Shown in pieces: positions 19,060-26,466 of a stretch of DNA of 39,617 nucleotides. Numbering within the stretch: the first letter of the stretch is position 1; every line of letters begins with the position of its first letter. The position numbers were made by a program, and so were the translations under genes. The stretch comes from a virus (Duplodnaviria > Caudoviricetes): positions 1-39,617 of IMG/VR virus record IMGVR_UViG_3300037420_002500. One strand, 5' to 3'. The notes under the pieces were generated by a model that was not told the DNA's origin, searched no databases, and saw only the letters and a list, made by a program, of their open reading frames with translations.

Positions 19060-21573
19060 ATGGCAACAACCACCATCGGTTTATCGAATAACTGGATATT
19101 TGCCAGCGGTAGGGATTCCTATGATATGCGTGACCCTGTTACTAGGGCAGGTTCATGGAACGCTGTCGGGGCGGATAACTATATAGGGCGGCAGTATGAA
19201 AATGACTCGGAATCTTCCGTAGAAACATGGTTCTACTACGCTTATGTCATGCAATTCAGCTTTTCTTCCATCCCGGCCGGGGCAACAATTAATAGTGCTA
19301 CCCTCAGACTTTGGAGTGGTGGCGCCCCTTCTGACTGGTGGGACATTCAAAGATCAGCTAATAGTTCCCCTTCCGGGTCATTAGGTTTGTCCGGCACAAT
19401 ACTTGGCCCTCCGACTATAGCACCGACTATCATGAGTGGGGCACAGGGTACACAAAGGGACCTGAACGTAACCTCTATCGCCAACACTATACGGAGTAGC
19501 GGCGGGTATTTCGTACTTAAAATTGATGATTCTACCACAGCCTCAACGGAAACGGGTTATGTTAAAGGTCCGGCATCAGGACTAGCCGCAGTATTAATCG
19601 TTGATTATACGGTTCCAAATACGGCCCCTACTGTAAATGCTACCGTCCAAGGGTTTTCTACAGCCTATCAATGGACTAACGCAAGCCAAGTGACAATCAC
19701 ATGGAACTATGCTGACGCGGACGGAGACCCGCAAGGACAATATGAAGTTGTCGGCTCAAATAATGACTGGGCAACTTGGGCGATAGATACAGGGGTTGTG
19801 ACTAACTCTGGGGCTAGGTCCTATGTAACTCCTGTCCTTTCAGAAGGAACTTGGCACTTTGCCGTTTCGGTATGGGATTCTAGAGGCGCATGGTCAAACT
19901 GGGCATCCGCCAATCCGGTTTTAGATATACGGGTTGACCGTACAGCACCTTCGGCATCGAGTGTTGATGGAGCTAAATACGGAAACGGCGGTGTACGATT
20001 CCAGATATACGGAGTCGCGGACGGTTTATCCGGGGTTCAGACTGTACGGGCCTACATGAGAAATGCCGCAAATACGGCATGGATTGTGGATAATGGTGTT
20101 TGTACGCAATCGGGAACAACTTGGTATTATGATTTCCCGACTCCTTCGGATGGTGTTCAGGGAGGTCACTTGGTCCGATTTATTATATACGATTGGGCCA
20201 ATAATACTGTGGCTTATGACACCACTTACTACTACGACACTGTACCACCTACGGCAACGGGCGGAACGGCTACACCACAGTATCTAAACGTGGCTTCCGG
20301 AGGCACCTTTAGGGTGCAAGTTACAGGAGTATCCGATAATATCTCCCTTTCTATCGTTCGCTTTGCAGTTTGGACCGCCGCGAATGGACAAGACGATATT
20401 ATATGGTATGACGGAACAAACGCGGGCGGAGGCACATGGTACAAGGACGTTCCTATTGCTAACCATGGGAATGCAGAGGGCCAGTACATCTGTCATGTCT
20501 ATGCTTATGATACGGCCGGAAACAACCAAAACGTTCGTATTATTGATACTTACGTTGACCGAACGGCCCCGGCGAATGCTAGTCCAACAGTAACGGCTAT
20601 AAAATCTACCTCGGCTACGTTTAACTGGTCGGCATTTTCAGATGGAGCCAATTCTTCGGGTTACTTACGTACTTTACTTCAATTCCAAGTATGGACAGGC
20701 TCGGCGTGGAGTGGGAATCTTAACATCGGCACACCGGGCGGATTCGATGGAACTTATAACGCATTTACGGATAACCGTACATCGTTCACTTATTCGGGGC
20801 TGGCGGCCGGAACTCAGTATCGGGTTGCCATTATTCAGGTCGATAAGGCAAACAACTTTAGTCCGAACTCCTTTGTTACCTTTACGACAAATACTTTACC
20901 TGTGGCCTCTATCTCCGCCTTGGCTAACGCGGGAGCTATCTATAATACTCAACCTTATTTCCGGCCATCGGCTACAGATTCTAACGGCTCTACCGTTGTC
21001 CTTCAAATTCAAATCGATGACGCTACGGACTTTGCTACCCCATTAGTAGATTCTATAGCTGATACTGTCAACGCAGCTAACGGCTTCTCCACTAAAGGGG
21101 CTGTAGGGAGTGGGGTTGCTAACAACTTCAAACCTACGTCATCCATCGGTACGGGTGTTCGTTATGCTAGAGTCCGGGCCTACGATGTGTCGGCCGGGGA
21201 GTGGGGCAATTGGAGCAGTACCTATACTTTCACCATCCAGACCGTAACTTGGGCGACTAGCATTAACGATACGGATACTTCGGTGAGAAAGCCTACGGTT
21301 GACGATATTCGTACTAAGATCAACAATGTCCGGGCGGCGAGAGGTCTAGGGGCATATAGCTTTACGGACCCGACTATTGTTGACTGGAATAATGCTTCAC
21401 CAACAAACATTCGGGAACCGCATATTTCACAAGCTCGAACGGCTATCACAGATATTTATACGGCTTTAGGACTAGCGGCTCCAACGTGGACAGATTCAAC
21501 GGTAACGGCAAACTCGACAGCAAGAAAAGGCACTCATTGGATAGAAGCCCGAAATGCACTCGTGGCTATCTAA
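19060..21573 (+). CDS. Multidomain virion adhesin (DNRLRE-like, FN3/Ig-like and GBS Bsp-like domains)
   Basis: FSSIPAGATINSATLRLW; Bsp-like VRFAVWTAANGQDDIIWY...NHGNAEGQYICHVYAYD; FN3-like LAAGTQYRV. Confidence 0.75.
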   Translation: MATTTIGLSNNWIFASGRDSYDMRDPVTRAGSWNAVGADNYIGRQYENDSESSVETWFYYAYVMQFSFSSIPAGATINSATLRLWSGGAPSDWWDIQRSANSSPSGSLGLSGTILGPPTIAPTIMSGAQGTQRDLNVTSIANTIRSSGGYFVLKIDDSTTASTETGYVKGPASGLAAVLIVDYTVPNTAPTVNATVQGFSTAYQWTNASQVTITWNYADADGDPQGQYEVVGSNNDWATWAIDTGVVTNSGARSYVTPVLSEGTWHFAVSVWDSRGAWSNWASANPVLDIRVDRTAPSASSVDGAKYGNGGVRFQIYGVADGLSGVQTVRAYMRNAANTAWIVDNGVCTQSGTTWYYDFPTPSDGVQGGHLVRFIIYDWANNTVAYDTTYYYDTVPPTATGGTATPQYLNVASGGTFRVQVTGVSDNISLSIVRFAVWTAANGQDDIIWYDGTNAGGGTWYKDVPIANHGNAEGQYICHVYAYDTAGNNQNVRIIDTYVDRTAPANASPTVTAIKSTSATFNWSAFSDGANSSGYLRTLLQFQVWTGSAWSGNLNIGTPGGFDGTYNAFTDNRTSFTYSGLAAGTQYRVAIIQVDKANNFSPNSFVTFTTNTLPVASISALANAGAIYNTQPYFRPSATDSNGSTVVLQIQIDDATDFATPLVDSIADTVNAANGFSTKGAVGSGVANNFKPTSSIGTGVRYARVRAYDVSAGEWGNWSSTYTFTIQTVTWATSINDTDTSVRKPTVDDIRTKINNVRAARGLGAYSFTDPTIVDWNNASPTNIREPHISQARTAITDIYTALGLAAPTWTDSTVTANSTARKGTHWIEARNALVAI

Positions 21574-21588
21574 AAGGAGGCGGTATCT

Positions 21589-22698
21589 ATGTTCAAATTA
21601 ATTAATCATACCCTTAATCAAGTCGTTACTTCGGTTGACGAAGATGTGGAGATTCCTTATGGAGTCTCCCTTATCGGTGGCCCGACCATGTGGGAGAGAG
21701 GATTCGATGGTACGGGTAAAACTGTAGCCATTATCGACACTGGGGCAGAAACAACTCATGATGCTATTTTCGGCCGGGTCCGGCATTTCAAGAATTTCAC
21801 GAATGAAGGCCCCGAGTCTTCGGTTCAGGACCTTCATGGTCATGGTACTCATGTGGCGGGCATAGTGGCGGCGGCAGGAGGCGCAATCAGGGGAATTTCT
21901 CCGGGGGTAAAACTCATTATTCTAAAGGCTCTTAATGGTCAAGGACAAGGAACTAACTATGCGATCACGGATGCCATCAACTACGCTGTTAACTGGCGGT
22001 CGCCGGATGGTACGGAGAAGGTCGATGTTATCTCGATGTCCCTTGGAGGCCCACAGGATTATGAGCCTATGCATGAGGCAATCAAGCGGGCGGTGGCGAA
22101 TGACATCCTAGTGGTTTGTGCTTCCGGGAATGATGGTGACGGTAACGCGGATACATCCGAAGTATCTTATCCCGGCGCATACCCGGAAGTCGTGGAGGTT
22201 GGGGCTATCGATGCGGCTTTAGGCTTGGCCCGGTTCAGCAATACCAATTCGGAGATTGACTTGGTGGCTCCGGGTGTAAATGTGAAATCGGCCTATCTTA
22301 ATAATACCTACGCTGTGATGTCCGGCACTTCCATGGCTACTCCTTACGTGGCCGGAGCCGCCGCCATTGTAAAACAACACATTGAGTCGGTGTTGGGCCG
22401 GAAGATCACGGAGCCGGAGCTATACGAATACTTATCCGTTCGTACTCGGTCCCTTGGGCTTTCTAAAGAGGCACAGGGAAAAGGAGTAGTTGACCTTCTA
22501 GCTAACTACGGTTATGTTAGACGTAACCCGGAAGACATCCCTTTATCGGAGGCTTTAGCTGGACTGGCCCGGCTCGGTATTATCGACTCCCCGGACTTTT
22601 GGCAAAATCTCGCGGATAAGTATGCGGCGGACCCGGACAAGTATTATGATTTCCGGTTTGTCGATTTACTTATAAAGAAGTTCTACTCTAGCAAATAA
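21589..22698 (+). CDS. S8 subtilisin-family serine protease (intracellular-protease-like)
   Basis: Catalytic motifs IIDTG, HGTHVAG, ASGN, GTSMATP; no signal peptide. Confidence 0.95.
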   Translation: MFKLINHTLNQVVTSVDEDVEIPYGVSLIGGPTMWERGFDGTGKTVAIIDTGAETTHDAIFGRVRHFKNFTNEGPESSVQDLHGHGTHVAGIVAAAGGAIRGISPGVKLIILKALNGQGQGTNYAITDAINYAVNWRSPDGTEKVDVISMSLGGPQDYEPMHEAIKRAVANDILVVCASGNDGDGNADTSEVSYPGAYPEVVEVGAIDAALGLARFSNTNSEIDLVAPGVNVKSAYLNNTYAVMSGTSMATPYVAGAAAIVKQHIESVLGRKITEPELYEYLSVRTRSLGLSKEAQGKGVVDLLANYGYVRRNPEDIPLSEALAGLARLGIIDSPDFWQNLADKYAADPDKYYDFRFVDLLIKKFYSSK

Positions 22699-22717
22699 CA
22701 TCAGGGAGGTACACACC

Positions 22718-23341
22718 ATGAACCAAGTAGTAACGGACTTAGTAAAATATGTCGAAGATTTAGAGGCACAGGTTAAGGCGGATGGGGACTTGATTGTTAC
22801 CCTAAACAGTCGAATTGGTTCTCTTACTGAGCAAGTAGGTTCTCTTACTGGACAAGTAGGTACCCTACAGGCTTATATTAAAGAACTCGAACTGAAACTC
22901 CGCCCGGTGTGGGAGATCAAGGTTGATGAGGTTTTGGACACAGCGCGGTTTTTACTTCAAAGGCACCTTGATAGTGGACAAACTCTTTTCCCGTATAAGT
23001 ACGGAGGAAATCCTATACTTAATGATGCGGGGGAAGTTGTCGGCGGTACCTTCGATTGTTCGGCTTATACTAAATACTGCTACGGGGTTCATGGTGTTAC
23101 CCTTCCAAGGACATCGGCCAACCAATCTCAAGTAGGTTCGTTTATTCCAAGGCAGGAGGTTCGTAAAGGAGACGAGCTATTCTTCGATACGGATGGCGAT
23201 GGCACAGTAAATCACTGTGGAATTGCTCTGGATAATGGTACGATGATTCACTCCAATCCATCCGGCAAAGGCATTAACATTGTGGCTTTAGATGGATACT
23301 GGAATAGTAAATTTGTCGTAGCCCGCAGACACTTTTCATAG
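22718..23341 (+). CDS. NlpC/P60 (C40) peptidase with N-terminal coiled coil
   Basis: YKYGG, FDCSAY, LPRTSANQ, GDELFF, HCGI, MIHS. Confidence 0.92.
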   Translation: MNQVVTDLVKYVEDLEAQVKADGDLIVTLNSRIGSLTEQVGSLTGQVGTLQAYIKELELKLRPVWEIKVDEVLDTARFLLQRHLDSGQTLFPYKYGGNPILNDAGEVVGGTFDCSAYTKYCYGVHGVTLPRTSANQSQVGSFIPRQEVRKGDELFFDTDGDGTVNHCGIALDNGTMIHSNPSGKGINIVALDGYWNSKFVVARRHFS

Positions 23342-23394
23342 CTTGTACTGCTTATATGTGGTAAAATGAAATCGAATTGAATATCTTACACAAC

Positions 23395-23432
23395 GCCCAA
23401 GACCCCCTACTTTACTAGGTCTTGGGCTTTTT
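23395..23432 (+). terminator. Intrinsic terminator
   Basis: GCCCAAGACC / GGTCTTGGGC followed by TTTTT. Confidence 0.85.
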
Positions 23433-23534
23433 CCGTAGATTACGATACTCTTACATTCCCGGCCTCGACAATGGAAACTTTCCCGCAAATGAACAGCGAA
23501 AAGGAGGATTCAAATAAGAAAGGAGGATAAGCAT

Positions 23535-23966
23535 GTGGGGAAAACAGACAGCATTTATCAGATCATTCTTGGCTCACTATGGGCCACGTTAGCCTATCTT
23601 ATTGGTGGTATAGACAAGCTTTTCATTGCCTGTACCATCCTGATTTGCCTTGACTATGTTTCCGGTTTTTTCGCGGCGTGGTATCGGAAGGATTTGGTCA
23701 GTAGAATGGCTTGGTGGGGCCTCATTAGAAAGGGACTCATGTTAGTTCCCATCATGGTAGCACATCAGGTGGATATCATCACCGGGAACGAAGCCGATCA
23801 TTACATGAGAAACGCTATGATGTTCTTTATTATCGCCACAGAAGGGACGAGCATATTTGAGCATCTAGGCAAACTTGGTCTAAAGTACCCACGATTCATT
23901 ATGGATGCTTTAGCTAAACTCCGGGGAGATAATGGACAGCGTAGGCGGAAGGAAGACAACAAGTAA
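23535..23966 (+). CDS. Holin (phage holin 4_1 / toxin-secretion type)
   Basis: GG.D, LDYVSG, GLIRK, EGTSIFEHLGKLG..P pattern with transmembrane segments. Confidence 0.88.
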   Translation: MGKTDSIYQIILGSLWATLAYLIGGIDKLFIACTILICLDYVSGFFAAWYRKDLVSRMAWWGLIRKGLMLVPIMVAHQVDIITGNEADHYMRNAMMFFIIATEGTSIFEHLGKLGLKYPRFIMDALAKLRGDNGQRRRKEDNK

Positions 23967-23980
23967 GGAGGTATCACATC

Positions 23981-24688
23981 ATGGGCAAGAAACAGGATGA
24001 TTTTATCGCCTTAGTCGTTCCCGGCGCACAGCAAGTCCAAAAAGAAATCGGTATGTTTGCATCGGTTACGATTGCACAGGCGGCATGGGAAACCGGGTGG
24101 GGAACCAGTACACCGAAGGATATCCAAACAGGGGAGGAATCTTATAACCTGTTTGGCCGGAAGGCGGCCGGGGATGACCCTTACGTGGAATCTTGGACTT
24201 GGGAAGTGTACAACGGCAATCGTGAGACTATACTGGCCCGGTTTAAGAAGTTCGACTCTTACGAGGCTTCCATTTTAGATCGGTCGCAATTTCTTACTCT
24301 CCCTTGGTATCAACGTGCTTGTAAGGCGGACAATCCTTGGGATGCGGCCCGGTTTTTAATTGATACCGGGTATCCGGGATACTCCTATGCTACGGACCCT
24401 ACCTACATAGCGAATATCCATTCCATCATGAAGTCCTACGATCTTACACAATACGACATATTACCTCAAGAGGAGAGTGACATCATGGAGCTTACTAACG
24501 AACAATGGAATCATCTTTACAAGGTGTTTGATGGTCTTTACGATCAGATGGTTAACAAGGGCAATCCGGCCGGGCTTAGTAGTTGGGACTGGGCTAAGAA
24601 AGTGGCGGAACGTAACCTTACGGTAAGTGAAGCTGTTTACTTGTCACTCGTCCTTCATGGGCGGGATGAAGGTGTAGAGGGGGTGTAA
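23981..24688 (+). CDS. Endolysin, GH73 glucosaminidase with C-terminal putative cell-wall-binding domain
   Basis: AQAAWETGWG, YNLFGRKA, F.KFDS, YATDPTY. Confidence 0.92.
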   Translation: MGKKQDDFIALVVPGAQQVQKEIGMFASVTIAQAAWETGWGTSTPKDIQTGEESYNLFGRKAAGDDPYVESWTWEVYNGNRETILARFKKFDSYEASILDRSQFLTLPWYQRACKADNPWDAARFLIDTGYPGYSYATDPTYIANIHSIMKSYDLTQYDILPQEESDIMELTNEQWNHLYKVFDGLYDQMVNKGNPAGLSSWDWAKKVAERNLTVSEAVYLSLVLHGRDEGVEGV

Positions 24689-24691
24689 TCC

Positions 24692-24925
24692 ATGGACAAA
24701 ATGAGTATCGTTCGGACGATTCTTCTATTCCTCACACTCGGTAATCAGGTGTTGACCCTGACCGGGCATTCCCCGCTTCCTTTCGACAATGAGGCTTTAG
24801 CGGAATCGGTTGCTACGGTTCTTGTAACGACCGTATCGATTTGGACTTGGTGGAAAAACAACTATATTTCCGCTAAAGGGCTTAAGCAGAAGGAAGTACT
24901 GAAAGAAAACGGCCTTACAAAATAA
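24692..24925 (+). CDS. Holin, SPP1/XhlB family
   Basis: VRTILLFLTLGNQVL..GHSPLP...WWKNN. Confidence 0.92.
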   Translation: MDKMSIVRTILLFLTLGNQVLTLTGHSPLPFDNEALAESVATVLVTTVSIWTWWKNNYISAKGLKQKEVLKENGLTK

Positions 24926-24950
24926 TTCAACTTAAAAGGAGTGTTTTATT

Positions 24951-25355
24951 ATGGCAAACGGAGCGGCTTTATCTAACTACTTGGAAAATGCAATTATCAA
25001 TCACTTTCTTAAAGGTGGCGCGGCCGTAGCTCAACCCGCTGGACTTTATCTCGGCCTTTTCACTGATGCTACAGGTATCGCAAACGATCAACCTACGACA
25101 GAGGTAACAGGTAATGGCTATGCTCGTATTCCGGTTACTTTTGGTGCGGCGGCTTCCGGCTCGACTAGTAATACGGCGGATGCTTCCTTCGCGGCGGCTA
25201 CAGGACCATGGGGTACGGTTAACTATGTAGGAGTATTCGATGCTGCTACGGGCGGGAACCTTTTAGTTTGGACAGCCCTTACTACAAGCAAGACCATTGG
25301 CAATACGGACGTATTCAAATTTAATGCCAGTTCTTTGTCCGTAACCCTAGACTAA
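24951..25355 (+). CDS. Phage fibre-base/structural protein
   Basis: LSNYLEN, LYLGLFT, EVTGNGYAR, WGTV.YVGVFDAATGGNLL pattern common in phage fibre modules. Confidence 0.65.
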   Translation: MANGAALSNYLENAIINHFLKGGAAVAQPAGLYLGLFTDATGIANDQPTTEVTGNGYARIPVTFGAAASGSTSNTADASFAAATGPWGTVNYVGVFDAATGGNLLVWTALTTSKTIGNTDVFKFNASSLSVTLD

Positions 25356-25368
25356 GGGGTTGATCTAA

Positions 25369-26451
25369 ATGGCGGCTCCGGCTACAACGGGAGTGTTAAG
25401 AACTACCCTTGCTTCTATGCAGAAGGGTGATTATATCGTTTGCAACTATACTGCGTCGAGTGGTGTGGTGGGTACTTTCAGTAACTTCGGGGGTACTGTC
25501 GGGACTGAGATTCCAGTAGCCTCGACCGCTACGCCCAACGGCTCTTTTTACTTCATTAAAGCTGCTGATAAGGGCTTATTGATCGCAGATCGTTCGGTTC
25601 AGTATAACATTCCGTGGGACACACTAAATGCCGGAAAGCTCATTCAAGGATTGCCTTGGGATACAGGAGATATAATGCCTACTATGTCCGCTGATACATC
25701 AGGGGCAATAACCGTATCCGCATCGTCTGTATTTAATGCGACCTATAGCGCATATAAAGCGTTCAACGATGTCTGGGTTTCTGGGGATACAAACCGATGG
25801 TTTTCAGCAAATGGCGTTAATACAGGATGGTTAAAAATCGATTTAGGCACCAGTCGTATAATAACAGCGTATACACTCAGTTCAATCACTACTCCAACGG
25901 CTGGCCCTTCTAATTGGACATTTGAAGGTTCAAATACGGGTGCTTTTGCAGGAGAACAAGTTATCCTTGATACGGTAGTAAGTGGCCCGTTACTATCCGC
26001 CCGTACCGTGTTTCGTTTTAAGAATAGCACAGCATATAGGTACTATCGTATTAATGTAACAAAAAATGCCGGGTATGCTTCCGCCTTGACTATTGATGAA
26101 ATGGAGTTACTTCAAACGGCTGGGATTATTCGCTCTCTCTCTGGCGGTTCCGGCGCGGCAACCGTTGACGGACAGTACGCGGGCGCGATAACTGCCTACG
26201 GCGGGTTCCCAACGATAAACGAGTGGGATAAGTATATCGTCAACAGCACACTCGGCGGTAAAATTACTGCCGGAAGTGACAGCGTTTGGCATTGGACCAG
26301 TACCGCTACTTGGACTCAAGATACGTATACGGCTTATGGTAATACCCAACGTGTGGCTAGAGGTCAAGTTACCGTTAATACTATCGATAAAGTTCTATCT
26401 TCCTTTAGCGGTTCCGTTGGATTTCGTCCGGTTCTCGAATATCTCGAATAA
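25369..26451 (+). CDS. Discoidin (F5/8 type C) domain protein in a lectin-like scaffold
   Basis: AYKAFN, GWLKIDLG, PSNWTFEGSN, YRYYRINV; C-terminal GFRPVL. Confidence 0.75.
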   Translation: MAAPATTGVLRTTLASMQKGDYIVCNYTASSGVVGTFSNFGGTVGTEIPVASTATPNGSFYFIKAADKGLLIADRSVQYNIPWDTLNAGKLIQGLPWDTGDIMPTMSADTSGAITVSASSVFNATYSAYKAFNDVWVSGDTNRWFSANGVNTGWLKIDLGTSRIITAYTLSSITTPTAGPSNWTFEGSNTGAFAGEQVILDTVVSGPLLSARTVFRFKNSTAYRYYRINVTKNAGYASALTIDEMELLQTAGIIRSLSGGSGAATVDGQYAGAITAYGGFPTINEWDKYIVNSTLGGKITAGSDSVWHWTSTATWTQDTYTAYGNTQRVARGQVTVNTIDKVLSSFSGSVGFRPVLEYLE

Positions 26452-26466
26452 GGAGGCGGTTAAATA

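Noticed and set aside
19001-19186. 61-aa ORF
   Set aside because: TTG start without SD; spans an intergenic hairpin and overlaps the 19060 gene out of frame.
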